A DNA stretch of 64,000 bases from the human T2T-CHM13v2.0 reference genome, Homo sapiens. The stretch is taken from the NCBI RefSeq assembly GCF_009914755.1, contig NC_060932.1. The stretch is one strand, 5' to 3'. Below, one piece after another: positions 1 to 18,448 of the stretch. Under the pieces are notes generated by a model that saw only the letters and a program-made list of their open reading frames with translations, was not told where the DNA came from and did not search any database. Both the position numbers and the translations under genes were made by a program. Position 1 is the stretch's first letter, and every line of letters starts with the position of its first letter.

Positions 1-949
1 AACTGTAATTGCTGGACTCATTATTCTAGTGACTTAAAAGTATGGGTGCCCTTCCTGCATTGAGCCTTTTAGTACCTTGTATAGACTTCCATCAGAGGGT
101 CTACAGCCTTGCACATTTCTGTCCTGTTTGTGTGGTGAAGTAGATAAAGGTGAATACCACAACATTTTATGGTCCAGATTAAGGAACAGCTTAACTGGGC
201 ACGCATAAATCCAAAGGATCAGCAAGAAGGGACGTGCAGTCCTCTGTCCTCTTACTATCCTACAATGAGTTGGGCAGGTACATCAACCTGTCTGGCCAAG
301 CTGCATGTTTCTGTTCCTCAGGGGGTACCCTATCCCTCTGCTGTAGTATAAGCATGAGAATGGCTGAATGGCTTTATTTCTGGAGGACAAGTATTTTGAA
401 CTCAGGCACAGAAGAGCCTTGGGGGCTTGATTGAAGCTGCAGTTTCTGCTGTGGAAAGGCCAGGCTACTAGTCCCAGCCCACCCACAGCCTAGCAGATCA
501 AGCTGAGCCTCTGAGGTCACATCCACCAATTCCTTGGGTCCCTCCTCAGCTGGCATGTCTGCACACTTTCCAAGGTGAGGTATGGTGTCCTATTCATTCA
601 TATATCCAGGGGTTCCTGCTTAAAATCCAGGAAGAGGCATACCATTATTTCCATGGTACAAATGCATTTTGACTTACACCGATGCTTTGAAATGAGGACT
701 TTAAACTTTACCTTATCTTATTAGATAAGGATGTTTAGATCAAAGGTTAAACTAGGTTATTTTTTTAACCTCTTACTCTTTTTAATTGTTTAACACTTTT
801 TAACACTCTATTTTATGTCCGCCAAGATACATGGCTAATTTATTCCTTGGGAGTAGGTTGTAAATTTTGTTATTATGCTATTTTTTTTGCAGTATTTATG
901 GATTTTGTGTTATGTAGATTTTCTTTCAACCTTCTCAATAAATAGTAAC

Positions 950-1180
950 AACAATAATAAAAATAAAAACCAGTATTTATTGAACCATACTATGTGACCA
1001 GTAGTGGCATGCAGTTTATTTGAACAGTATCATTTAATCCTGGAGTAAGTATCATTAGTCCCATTTTAGAAATGAGAAAGCAAAGGCTTAGAAAGATTAA
1101 GAAACTTGCCCAGGGTTACAAGGTGAGCAGGTGGGAGCTGGGATTGCAGCTCCAGTTTCCCTCCAAAGGCCATGCTCTTT
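950..1180 (-). mobile_element. MIR SINE
   Basis: MIR core cccattttagaaatgagaaagc...aacttgcccagggttac. Confidence 0.75.
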
Positions 1181-1282
1181 GATGGTTGAGGACACAGCTG
1201 GGCTCAGCCCTAAGCTGTTGGAGTGTGGCGGTCAGAGGCGGAGATGCCCCAGCTATTGTGGACATGGAGCCTGGACCTTTGA

Positions 1283-1609
<327 letters not shown>

Positions 1610-2064
1610 TTGACTAATCTTTGAATATTTGTGTCTGTGTTGGGCAAAAATTAAACTTACATAGATGATAATAATTGTGTCAACTACATATATGGAAATG
1701 ATTAATAACAACATTAATACATCACAAATGAAGAAATATTTATTAATAAAAGCTACAAAAACTTGGGTTGGTTGCATGAATAATTATTTACTTATACTAT
1801 TATGTACGCCTAATTACCAGACAACATAGTGATCAGTGTATGTGTATATGTACACATATAAGAAGATATCACTATGGATTATAATTAACTAAAAATATTA
1901 GAAGTTCTAGAATATGAGTGTAGTTGGTTATATTTTAGGTTCTCGAAGAGTTTCTATGACATGAAACTCTAGAAAAATGCATATCCCCAGACTGGATGTG
2001 TTTTACACATAAGGGATAGATTATCCAACAGAATTTCATGTAAGGATCATTAAAACATATTCCA

Positions 2065-2363
<299 letters not shown>

Positions 2364-2543
2364 TTATTTGGTATATTGTAGTATAAGAGCTTTTCAAGAT
2401 ATTTCTCGATTTCTGTAAGCACTGGATAATTAATTCAAGACCCTCCCACTTTCTTTGTAGGAATAGATGAGGCAATAATTTTATGACTATAACTGAATTT
2501 TTTCACACAAGACCTTGAGATTTGGTAGAAAATAGGATCTGTT

Positions 2544-2606
2544 TGATCTGCTTGCCTCGGCCTCCCAAAGTGCTGGGATTACAGGCGTGAGCCACCACGC
2601 CTGGCC
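2544..2606 (-). mobile_element. Alu 5' fragment
   Basis: Only gcctcggcctcccaaagtgctgggattacaggcgtgagccaccacgcctggcc is present. Confidence 0.9.
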
Positions 2607-2857
2607 CTTTTACTGTTCTATAAAATAAGAAGAATAAAAGGGGTATTTGAGGTACATGCATTTGAAGTTCTTAGAATGAGACCTAGCATGTAGGAAACAC
2701 TCATTGTTAGTTGCTCCTGCTATTAATAGTAGTAAATAGGTCAACATGACTCAGTTAACATTCAGGAAGTAACTTTTTTTCAATTATGAAATGAAGATGT
2801 ACAAATATTCATACATCATTTTAAATGTAGAGATGTTTAAATTATAGATGCCAATGT

Positions 2858-3055
2858 GAGGGATAGGCAACAACTATGGCTACCTGTATAATAAAGTTTT
2901 ACTGAAACACAGTCATGCCCACTGATTTACGTATTGTCTACAACTACTTTCATGCTTCAACAACAGAGTTAAGTAGTTGCAACAGAAATTGTGTGGTCTC
3001 CTAAGCCAAAAATATTTGCTATCTGGCCCTTCATAGAAAACCTTTGCCAACCCTT
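2858..3055 (+). mobile_element. MER58A-like hAT DNA transposon (MITE)
   Basis: aataaagttttactgaaacacagtcatgccc...atatttgctatctggccc...tttgccaaccc matches the MER58A pattern. Confidence 0.85.
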
Positions 3056-3252
3056 GGTGTATATCTAAGAAAGAAAAGATGTGTGTTGTGTACGTGTGTG
3101 AATGTGTTTCTGCGGTTTCTATACGGTTAAACTAAGGAACATTTACTAGAAATTGTTGGCATTCTCCCAAACAAGAGATTATAAATTTATAAATTGATTT
3201 TGAAAGGTTTGGTGTTGATTATGATAATTTTAATTTTAAAAGCCTTGTATTG

Positions 3253-3562
<310 letters not shown>

Positions 3563-4599
3563 TTAGGAAAGCAAGCTTAGGGACATTGTGATAGTTTTGA
3601 TCAAGGGTAAATACTTCACTTAAATAGTTAGCCACATAGAACCCTAAATCATTTGTTTTCTAGTTATTTTCCCCTCAGCATAGATGCCTACCACTTATTT
3701 CATTGATACAGAAGATGACATTAAAAATATATGTGCCACTAAGGACTAATGGGTTCTCTCTGTGCAGCCTGTGCCAAAACCCCATATTCCTTTTGGTGAA
3801 ATTCATATGAGACCACATGTATTGTTGTTTTAGCCAAATGTGGAATACTGACTTAATTTTCTCCCATCGCTTTTGGTGAACCCTCTATCAGCCACTATAA
3901 ATTTAAAAGTAGTATTGTAGATAGAAAGTCATACTGTTCTTCAGCTTTTCCCTATCCTGTAATAGAGTGATTTATTCATTTTGTCATATATTTATCAGCT
4001 GCTTGTTTTTGTTAATGTTATCAGACTTCCTCATGTTATGAGACAAGAAATTACTTTAGAAACCTGTTATTTAGCTGGATTGCACTTTACTAACACAGGA
4101 GTCTCTTTCGATATCTTTTAATTCTTGTTCTTTGTCTCAGGATTTTATCTAGGAGCTGAATGAAGGCTGAAGAAGGAATTACCTGCTCTTCATTCATTTT
4201 CATATCTTCTTTAAGCGGGAAAAGTTGTTTGTCAATTGGACCCAAAAGGCATGCATACATTCATTCAGATGCTAAACATAGACTTATAGAAGGTTAATGC
4301 CTTAAATCTGTGCAAGAATCTATGTGTATTTACAATGGTAGTCAAAAATTTCAGTTAAATAAAGTATCTGCTTTCTGAGATGAGTTTTCTGGCATTGGCA
4401 ATTGGAATGGTTTTTGTTTTGTAAAACATTTTTTTAAAAATCACAATCTGTTATGAGACAACCATAATTTGTGCTCCGTGAATCACTACATAGCTCAGAG
4501 AAACTCGCAAACCTATTTCAAGATCGTGCAGTCTTCATCATGTAGAAGTTCTTAAATGTCTCTGGAAATATCTTACCTATCTAATTTTAAATGCTTCTA

Positions 4600-4815
4600 G
4601 CAGTTCCTATGCTTCCCTAATGAGACTCCTGAGCATAGTCACAGTTATACAGTTATGTTTTTCTGAGCTTGGTTTTTTAGCTTTCCCTTGAATTTATAAG
4701 AGCCTCTATTTCCTTTCAGTAAAGTTCCTCTTTGCTTAAATTAGCCAGAATTTGTTCTTGTTTCTTGTAATCAAAGAACCATAATTAACACAGAGATTAG
4801 TACCAGGAATGGGTA
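4600..4815 (+). mobile_element. MLT1-type MaLR LTR 3' end plus start of internal sequence
   Basis: taaagttcctctttgcttaaattagccaga...cttgtaatcaaaga...aacacagagattagtacc. Confidence 0.55.
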
Positions 4816-4850
4816 AATATAAATTCTATGTGACAAAAATTATAGATGTC

Positions 4851-5173
<323 letters not shown>

Positions 5174-5191
5174 CTATTACACACCCCTCAC

Positions 5192-5500
5192 CTTTTTTTT
5201 TTTTTTTTTTTTTTTTGGGAGACAGGGTCTCACACTTGCCTAGGCTGGAGTGCAGTGGCATGATCATAGCTCACTGCAACCTTGACCCCCTGAGCTCAAG
5301 TGATCCTACCATCTAAGGCTCCTGAGTAGCTAGGACTACAGGCATGTGCCACCACACCTGGCTCATTTTTAATTTTTTTTTGGAATGACAAGGTCTCACT
5401 ATGTTGCCCAGGTTGATCTGGAACTCCTGGGCTCAAGTGATCCTCCTGGCTCAGCCTCTCAAAGTCCTAGGATTACAGATGTGAATCAGTGCACCTGGAC
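5192..5500 (-). mobile_element. Alu (AluJ-like)
   Basis: Antisense dimer with gatcatagctcactgc and gctcaagtgatcc J-type motifs. Confidence 0.93.
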
Positions 5501-6206
5501 CTTACACTTTTTTTTCTTTTCTAAAAGCACAAAGACAGAGCTATTTATATTAAAGTATTGCCTGCTACAAGGTATAAGCAAAGGCTAATTCTGCTTGATA
5601 TAGAATAACCATCTTATCCCTCACATTTGTATGAGCTCTAATACCCAAAAATGTTTGACTTCTAACTACATTTGTTATATAAATGGCTGAATGTTATTCT
5701 ATTTTTGCAACTCCCACAGCATCTTCACTCTTCTAGGCATAGAGTAGAATATAAATAAATGTGAAATGCATGTTGATTGATCCCTAGTGGAAAGTAAAAT
5801 TGCTTTTAGTTTCAAAGCATTGAAATTTCATTCTCCTCTTTCCTTTTTCAAAAGTAGGAAGACTCAGAGATTTTAAGAATTGAATCTCTCTGTGCTTTGG
5901 AATCTACATTGGGAGTAAGAAGCAGAGTGTTTGTACTTAATTGATTTCATTTGGTTGTTTGCAGTTTCAGATCTATGCATGGACGAGGATATTTATGCAA
6001 TTCTCTCATGAGCCATTAACTTTCTATTGGTCTTTTTATGTTTCAGTCTGTCACTTCAGTGTGCTATTGAAACTGCTAAATATTTAGGTACAAACACAAA
6101 CTCCCATTTCAGAATCAGCTGATTATATAATTGCAGGTGAGAAGATGCACAAACATATTAATATTTTTAGCTCTCCCTGATGCTGTTAGAAAGATATGAT
6201 AATTTC

Positions 6207-6540
<334 letters not shown>

Positions 6541-7155
6541 TCACAGCAGCTATTTGTTGATGGCTCCAATGCTTTCTGAAGCAATGGACACAGGTCATAC
6601 TGTTAGCCTTTGGTCTGTAGAATCACAAGGAACACTTGCTGGGTGAGATGAAAATGTAAGGAAATTCCACTATTTCTGTATTTCTGTAACAGTTTTCCTT
6701 TCCTTATTTTATTTTATTTATTTCTTTTTTATCCTTTTTAAACTTTTTTTTTCAATTTTCCTTTTCTTGATTTTATTTTTGTGCTAAGTGTCTGTGATAC
6801 ATATTATGAACATCCGCTAACATTTACACAGCATCTTATATTTTGGAAAGAGATTTTATATACACCATTCTGCTGATCCCCAACATCCTACTGACCCTTA
6901 ATCCTATGAGCAGAGAGGAACCTGAGTGATTATGTTGATTCCCAATTTAGAGATGAAAAGCTTTACGTGAAGTCTTGTAATACTTCCTTGCTCAATGTTG
7001 TGTCCCCAGGATTTGGTACAAAGATGGGTATACAATAGACAAGGAATAAAAAATATGCTAAGTGGCAAAATAAATGGAGCTCAGAGAGAAACTAAGTGAC
7101 TTGGCCATGGGCACACATGACTAAGTGATGGAGACTGCTCAGATTTAGGATTTAG

Positions 7156-7454
<299 letters not shown>

Positions 7455-7923
7455 TAGGATTTTTTGACTCCAAGTTTCATAGTTTCCTAATGCTTATGCT
7501 CGAAAGAGGACAACTGAAGTAGTTTATAGTGATGCTAAGAGCTAAAGTAAAGAAATACATTTGAAATCTTAAGATGCAGATTTCTTAAGTTGGATGAGGA
7601 ATTATTTTCAGCTAAAATTAAGTTGTATAGTTCTTATGTGTTCAAGGGGAATTTTTTAAAAATATGCAAAATTGGAGAGAACATCTTGAGGGTCGTGCCA
7701 CTTTGGAATTTAGAGTGAATCATCAAATTTCAGGGTTTTTAGACACGAAAGAACCTGTACATTTGGAGACAAGACAAGTGAAATGTACTAAAATTGTGTG
7801 CTCCGTGAGGGCAGGGTCTATGTGTGTCTGTTTACTACTCTATGCCCAGTGCCTGGCACAGTGCCCAATGGACAGCAGTGAAGTAGGAGTTCAAGTAATA
7901 TTCGTTGGCTGGGTGAGGTCCTG

Positions 7924-8297
<374 letters not shown>

Positions 8298-8881
8298 TGA
8301 TTAACATACCATCTTTATGTCATCAACATAGTGAAGTTGTTGAAACTTAGGCTGGAGGAAACAGCAATGATCTAATCCAGCTCCTTTAAAGGACTCTTGC
8401 TTGGCCATCTGATTTGGTATTAGATCAGGGATGAGAACTGACAGTCTTGGTCTCCTATTTCGTCATGTCAACTATGAGAGTACTTATGGGGAATCCAGAC
8501 TGACTCCTCTGGAGACCGAGTGGCCTCTGAGGTAACCTACAGAGACTGAGCAGGACATGAGGCTTACAGCTCCGTCCTGGGCTCCTTTCTGCTCAGTCCT
8601 GCAGGCATCTTCACAGGACTGTGCCACCCAAACACAGCATTTTTCTGCATTTCGAATTTGGTCTTCCCAGCTTTACCAGTGCTTAGTCTCAATCTTTAAT
8701 TCAAGATTGAAACTGGGCAGCCCTCACTGGTAAATTTAAAATGTGTAGCATTCCCACCTCCCTTCTGTAAATGTTATTCCTGACTCTGGGGGCCAGGAGT
8801 TGCTATTCTGACATCTTGAGCCTGAACACTCTTCCCCACCCCAAAGTGCCTCTATCCCTCCACAAGAGGAGGAGGAAGTAA

Positions 8882-9229
<348 letters not shown>

Positions 9230-9297
9230 GTAAACCTCAGTTACCTTTAAGTCAATTGCAGGTAGAAAAAACTGGATACATTTTTTAAAAAATTAAC

Positions 9298-9918
<621 letters not shown>

Positions 9919-9939
9919 CAGTGAATGCACCTTTTACCT

Positions 9940-10345
9940 AAACTGTGAGTCTTCTATGTGCCAGGCCCTGTGCTAGCCCTTGATGGCAATATGAAAACCA
10001 TTGGAATCTTGTCCGCAAGAAGCTCACAGCATGAGATTCCAGACAGCTACAGCCAGAGATAGAAATGTGGACAGACAATTACAACCCAGCATGAGAATTT
10101 CTGCAATAGAAGGATGTGCAAGGTGCAATGGGAGCTCCGGATGGAAGTGACAGACTACCTGGGAGAGTGAGATAGCCAAGACTTCCTGCAGCAGGTGACA
10201 GCTGAGTGAGGTTTGAAGTTTGAAGGTGTTTTTACTAGGAGTGCAGTGCAGGAAGGGAGAAGCACCATACAGAGACAAGAGCAGGTGGAAAGAAAGGTTT
10301 GAAATAACATGACATGTTTAGGAAAGTTGAAATAGTCCTGTCGTC
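9940..10345 (-). mobile_element. L2 LINE fragment
   Basis: ctatgtgccaggccctgtgctag...agacttcctgcagcaggtgacagctgag, typical antisense L2 3' region. Confidence 0.6.
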
Positions 10346-10444
10346 TAGTGGTTTTTGATGTTTCTGATGTTTCTGCTTGCCCATCTCTTATCTGTAAAAA
10401 TATTTTAGGCATAGATTTTTCCCCAATATGGGCTTTATATGGGC

Positions 10445-10754
10445 TTTTTTTTTTTTTTTTGAGACAGAGTCTTGCTTTGTTGCCCAGGATGAAGTACAGT
10501 GAAGTGCAGTGGTATGATCTCGGCTTACTACAGCCTCCGCCTCTCAGGTTCAAGCGATTCTCCTGCCTCTCAACCTCCTGAGTAGCTTGGACTACAGGAA
10601 CATGTCACTATGCCCAGCTAATTTTTGTATTTTTAATGGAGATGGGGTTTCACCATGTTGGCCAGGGTGGTCTCGAACTCCTCACCTCAAATGATCCACC
10701 TGCCTGGGTCTCCCAAAGTGCTGGGATTAAAGGCGCAAGCCACTGCACTTGGCC
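10445..10754 (-). mobile_element. Alu (AluS-like)
   Basis: Antisense dimer. Confidence 0.93.
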
Positions 10755-10766
10755 AATTTTTAAAAT

Positions 10767-10904
10767 GTTATTTATTTATTTATTTTTACAGAGACAGCAT
10801 CTCGCTATGTTGCCTAAGCTGGTCTCGAACTCGGGCTCAAGCAGGCCTCCTGCCTCAGCCTCCCAAAATGCTGGGATTATAGGCATGAGCCACTGTGCCT
10901 GGCC
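10767..10904 (-). mobile_element. FLAM / Alu left monomer
   Basis: Single antisense monomer with (TTTA)n tail. Confidence 0.88.
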
Positions 10905-10956
10905 TAATGTAACAGTTACACACATGTACTACTATACTAATGCACTCTGTATATCA

Positions 10957-11282
<326 letters not shown>

Positions 11283-12355
11283 TTAAAATCCTTTTAAGAA
11301 AAAGTATAGATATGCTGATATTTTCTAGCTGTGCACCAATGGTTGGTCTTAGGCCCCTCCTTTATAGACCACTCTTAAGACTCTAAGCCCTGTGAGAGAG
11401 GCCAGGCCTGTCAGATTCACTGCTGTATACCCCTTGTCTAGCATTACTAGGCACCCAATAAATATGGATTGTTGGAGTGAGTTTGATTTTCCCTATTGCT
11501 GGACCATAAGCCTAAAGTGATGGCTGGTGACAAATGTTTATAGACTTTACTGAAGGAAGGCCTTCATAGGATTTCCCAGAGCTCTATGCAGGACACCAGA
11601 GCTTTGATTTTGAGCTCTAGCCCTCACTGTTTATCTTAGGGTAGTCAAGACCCTCACATAATTTCTCTGTGTCTTCTGAGAGCATTCGCGTTGTTCATCA
11701 GGGCCAATAGTATTCCTGTGCATTACATGGTGCCTGTGGTGAGTGATTAATAAAAGGGATATTGTGACTCTCTTGGCAGGGATGAAAGGACTGTCAACAT
11801 GGTAAATAGCCCTTGTATAAGCAGGCGAAGAGAATGAGGCTATTCTTCCTCCCACCGTGGCTCTTACTGGTGATGATTACAACACCAAAAGCATATTTTT
11901 CTGTTTGACTTTTGAATCCAGGGGTCTATGATGTTGTAGCAACAAAACTGTTTTTTTCACATGGCAACAAAACGTAAGATCTGGCCCATGACACTACCTT
12001 CCTACTAATGGATGGATTGGAACAAGGTTGAGGGGTAGTGTTTTGTGTGAAGTGCAATTAACATTGTATTACAGATTAATTTGAGGTTTTTAAGAAATAT
12101 ATGGGGCACAGATTTCTTCACAAAATTTCAAAGAAACCTAGATATTTTTTTAAAAAATATTTTCTTCCCAGAATGATTTTTAAAATACATATGCCTACGG
12201 ATAATATTTTATGTTTAGTTAATCAGCCTATAAATATTTATTGAGGGCCTGTGGGAACAGCTTTTGCTTGTACTAAAATCAAGAAATAGAAAGAAATAGA
12301 CACCATGATTCCTGCCCTTAGGGAGATGACTTTTTAGGTAGAGAAAGAAAATAAG

Positions 12356-12607
12356 GGCCAGTGTGGTGGACTTTGGGAGACCGAGGCAGGTGGATCAAGT
12401 TTGAGACCACACTGGCCAACATGGTGAAACCCCATCTCTACTAAAAATATAAAAATTAGCGGGGCGTGGTGGCGCATGCCTGTAATCCCAGTTATTTAGG
12501 AAGTTGAGACAGGAGAATCCCTTGAAGGTTGCAGTGAACTGAGATCATGCCACTGCACTCTGGCCTGGCAACAGAGAGAGACTCTGTCTCAAAAAACAAA
12601 AAAAAAG
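12356..12607 (+). mobile_element. Alu with several internal microdeletions
   Basis: Alu motifs present but three short blocks are missing; TSD agaaaataag. Confidence 0.9.
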
Positions 12608-12653
12608 GGAAGAAAATAAGAATCCATGAATCAATGGAGGGCAATTGAGTTAC

Positions 12654-13435
12654 TGTGATATAATATGAAATATATTTAGTCCCTGGTTCCTCACAGAGCT
12701 TAAACTCTCAGAATTTCCCAAGTGATAAGAGTGTCTATTGTTATAATAAGCCCTTATTAGCACAACTGAATTTATGTTAATAAAGTGACTCAGGGTGGGA
12801 CACCTAGCTAGCCTCATGATGAGGCTGGCCATCAGAAAGACCAAGTGATTAGAGGATGAGAGGGTTGGAACTTTCAACCCCACCCACCAACCACTAGGAA
12901 AAGTGGAGGCCGAAGGAGTCCGGAGATCAAACTGTAAGACTCTTGAACAATGAGATTTGATGAGCTTCTGAGTTGCTGACATGTGTAGGTGCTGGGAGGG
13001 TGGCTGGCCAAGAGAGGGCATGGAAGCTCTGTGTCCCCCTTTCTATACCTTGCCCTATCCATCTCCATCTGGCATTCATCAGTATCCCCTCTAATATACT
13101 GGATAAAAAACCAGTAAATGGGTGAGGTGCAGTGGCTCACTTGTAACCCCAGTGCTTTGGGAGGCCCAGGCAGAAGCATGGCTTGAGGCCAGGAGTTCCA
13201 GGCCAGTTTGGGCAACATAGTGAGACCCTGGTAGTACAAAAAATGAAAAAAAAAATTTTTTTTAACCAATAAATGTAAGTAAGTGTTTCCATGACTTCTG
13301 TGAGCCTTCCTAACAAATTATTTGAACTTGTGGAGGAGATGATGGGAATCTTGATTTAAAGCCAGTCAGTTAAAAGTACAGGTGACTGCCTACTACTTGC
13401 AATTGGTATCTGGAGTGGGGGCAGTCTTGTGGGAC
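12654..13435 (+). mobile_element. MER21-family LTR, 3'-truncated, interrupted by a FLAM
   Basis: tgtgatataat...agagggcatggaagctctgtg...gtaagtaagtgtttcc...gggggcagtcttgtgggac. Confidence 0.75.
13120..13255 (+). mobile_element. FLAM monomer
   Basis: Single monomer; TSD aaccaRtaaatg. Confidence 0.85.
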
Positions 13436-13526
13436 AAGTGTAGCTGGGACTACAGGCATGCGTCATCCCGCCTGGCTAATTTTTGTATTTTTAGTAGAGA
13501 TGGGGTTTCACCATGTTGGCCAGGCT
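13436..13526 (-). mobile_element. Internal Alu fragment
   Basis: gtagctgggactacagg...atttttagtagagatgggg...ggccaggctg, with neither head nor tail. Confidence 0.9.
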
Positions 13527-15243
13527 GCTTGCAGCTCTTTTCTTAAAACAAAGAAATTGAGGACTTGAGTTGCTATTGAATCAAGCTGTTTGTCCCTGAG
13601 CTTCCCTTGTGTAATCAGTGGGAAAATTACAAGTCTGATAAATGCGGACTGATTTTCTGGACATTTTACATCATTGGAAAAATAAATCAGAGAGTTATCA
13701 GATTCCTCCAGGGCAAATGTAACTGTGATGTAAATCAGAGTCACCAAGGAACAGAGCCTTAGGCTAAAATAGATGCCAGGGCCTCATTTAAAAACCATGA
13801 CAGCCAGCCCACTAATTCTCAGAACACAAGTATCATTTACTTCTTGGTGCCTGGAGTGAGAGTTTGTCGTATTGGCTTTGCTTCCTAGCATCTCACACAA
13901 TAACAAATGCTAGGATGGAAAGATATTGGAGACAGGTGCAGTAGTGTGATTATATTAAATTGAGAAAAGACTTTCAAAGGCTCTCTAGAATCTTAATGAT
14001 TTCCAAAGGGTCCTCTTTCAGCTTCCCTACCTTGCCTCTGGTAGCCTAATTAATAGAGTGTGACTTTTTAGTTCTTGCCAAGTGCCACCCCAGTTCAAAT
14101 GACAGCTGTCAGGAGAATGCGACAGATAACTGATGAAATCTTTAGTTACCTAGCTATCTTTAGAAGACACTGTCTTTGGCTTAATGAGTGCTGTATTTTA
14201 TAAGTAGCCACAGGTGTTTGGCACCCTGTCAGCATTCTTGGGACTCTAAATAGAGTTAAATTTTCTGTCTTTATATAGGCATCAGCAGGGTTTGAACACC
14301 TGCCTATCTACCATAGCAAAGTAGAAAGTTACAGAGAGAAAACAGAGCCTTTAGGGTGGCATGAAAGGTGTAAATATGCAAATTAACTCTACAGATAAAA
14401 CCATTAATGTAAACAATTGCAAACCATGCAGAAATATTAATAAGACTAAATATGCTCTTTCAAATATGAGTTTTGATGAGTGAAAAATCTTAAGTTCTAG
14501 ATTCTGTGTGTGGCCTTGCCACTTACAAACTATTCATAACCAATTCCAATCACCAGAAGTGAACCTTCTTCTCATCTACAGACAAGGGTTAATCATCTCT
14601 TAACTAGGTTACATGCTTGTTTGCCAAATCAAGTTTTCGCAAATGAGATGCAGTATGTAGAGGTAATTAATAAGCCATAATGTGCTGAGCACATGAAATT
14701 TGGATTTATTATTATGTAGAACCTCATTAGGTATCAGATACATAGAACACTGGATAATCTGGAGCTACCACCTAAAGTCTCACTCACACCTGACATAAAT
14801 TTCCACTTGGCTGTTGATAATGGCTTTGGCGCCTCTTGTATTTTTTTCTGATCCTCAAACTGTTTAAGTGACCTGGAGATCCAGATAGAGGTGTATGTAG
14901 ATATATGAAATTTTATCTACCAAAGCCTCATCATATACAGGCATATACCAAGAGTATTCAGGGGCTACATTGGGAAACAGGTAGTCTGAAAATTTGACTC
15001 TAAGTATATAGAACACCTGCAAAAGTCAGAGCACCTATGTTAAGAAAGGGAAAATGCAAACCTGGCATAAGCCAATATACAGATTACCAGAAGGTGCTTT
15101 TCACTGGCTGTGTCTAACAGACATAGAAAAGATTTTCCTGAGGGTGGTCAGATATGTGAAATAGCATTTTATTACGCAGCCCTGGGAAACATTTTTGTTT
15201 TCTACATTGTCAGTAGTGAAATATAAATTTTTAGGGTTTTTGA

Positions 15244-15552
<309 letters not shown>

Positions 15553-16124
15553 CCCAGGCTTCATTTTAACTCACATTCTGTTAGACATAAAAATAAATCA
15601 CAGTACCAAGTGTATTTGATGTCTGCATTGAGTACCAAAGATGGCCTAAACATTTGACTACGTGAGTTAATGATGAGTAAGGGATAGTTAACCCCCAAAA
15701 TGCTTAATGTGGAGTGGTTTGGGATCATTTGTGACTTTTTTGTTTCCTAGAGGGGTGTGTGTGTGTGTATGTTTGTGTATGTATGTTTCCATCACTGCGT
15801 CTGAGATTTTCAGTATTCAGCATTTTTGGTGGGTGCTGTTTTATCTTTTCAACACAGCAGAGCTGCCTCCACCCATTGCCTCACAGGACTTTAGTGAACA
15901 GGAGCACCTTCAGTGTTGGCTGTTTATCTTTGGGACTGACCAGATACCGTGGCCTTCTATCAATTTCCCTGCTAGCTAATGCTCTGACTTCTTTGCTCAG
16001 CTATCCATTGTCTCCTGGAGTGCCCTGTGAACCAGCCTGAGCTACACCTATCCAGACCTGCCTGGATCCTGACAGCAGACAGAGCTTCAGCCACAGCCAG
16101 GACCATGCTATGTACACACATTCT

Positions 16125-16429
<305 letters not shown>

Positions 16430-17675
16430 CCTGCTGTGTACACATTCTGTGAAGAATAACATGTTCCTTTCTGAAGGAAGGGTTATGTAACATTTCTTAT
16501 CCAGTGGAACTAAACACACACGGGTAGTCCAAATACTTCTTCATATTAATAGAAAGGTGATGGCAGAAACATTCTGAAGTCCTTCTCTTCCATGGACATG
16601 ACAGCTATGAACACAGCTATCAAAGGACCCCACACTAGAGGCTCAAGGTTTGCATTCTGTACTACACTATGGTTTCCTTCTGTCCAGACTGAAACAAAGA
16701 TGAAAATCCAAACCTTTATACTCACGAAGTGTCATTTACCCTAAGCCCTGTCCCACACATTTTGGGAAATATGAAAGAAGAATGAGATAGTTTTTTACTC
16801 ATCAAATTTGTAGTATAATTGAAGAGAATTAATGCAAATAAGATTAAAGTAATACAAAATATTATATAGGTAAACATGAGCATTTTAGAAAGTAGATCAT
16901 ATCTGTTGGATGAAAGAACACATCATGGAAGAAGGCTGAGGCATTTGAATTTGGTGGATAAATAGGAAAAGAGGGAGAGCATATTCTGAAAAGGGAGTAG
17001 CCTAAATATAGGGAAGAGGCAGAAAGGAAGGATTGGGCTAAAATTGGAAGAGGAAAATAATGTTGGATAGATTGAGTTTTAACATATTAAGGAAACTTTG
17101 ACTGGCATACACACACACAATTCCCTAACATATAGAATACAACATTTCCATTTGGAAGAAACAACACCTGTTTCAGTTACATAATCCTTGAACTCCAGAA
17201 ACTGGGCCAGCATGAACAGTTGTTTAAGCTATGCCAGGTATGCAGTTGGGAATCAATAAATGTGTTTCGGTTGAGAAATTTTTGCAAGCCCCTTAACTGC
17301 AAGCTGCCTCCGCGATAGCTGCGGATGTTCCTGAGAACACTTCTGAAGATTTGAAATATTTTTAAATCCAGAGAAACCTTGTCTATTCTCAAGTTATAGA
17401 CGTGCAACACTCAAAGCCTGTGGCACTTTGGCAGCCTCAGCGTCTGTCCTGTGAACTGAAAATAGATGATCATAACCCTACACAGTGTTTGTACAGCATG
17501 CTTAGCACAAGATTCACTTTAATGTGTTCATCCTTGTTTGGAAGCCCAAAGGAAATGAGATTTGCTGTTTTGTGCTCCCTGGCCTTGTGGCTTACGGTAG
17601 ATCTTTTCAGTACAAAATGTGCCCAACACAGTTGGTTCTATTTTGATCTTGTGTGTGAGGATGTATCCTAGAGGC

Positions 17676-18448
<773 letters not shown>

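Noticed and set aside
1-660. Cluster of short overlapping ORFs in non-Alu sequence (possible processed pseudogene)
   Set aside because: No recognisable protein similarity, poly(A) or TSD. A BLASTX or Dfam search would be needed; unsupported as it stands.
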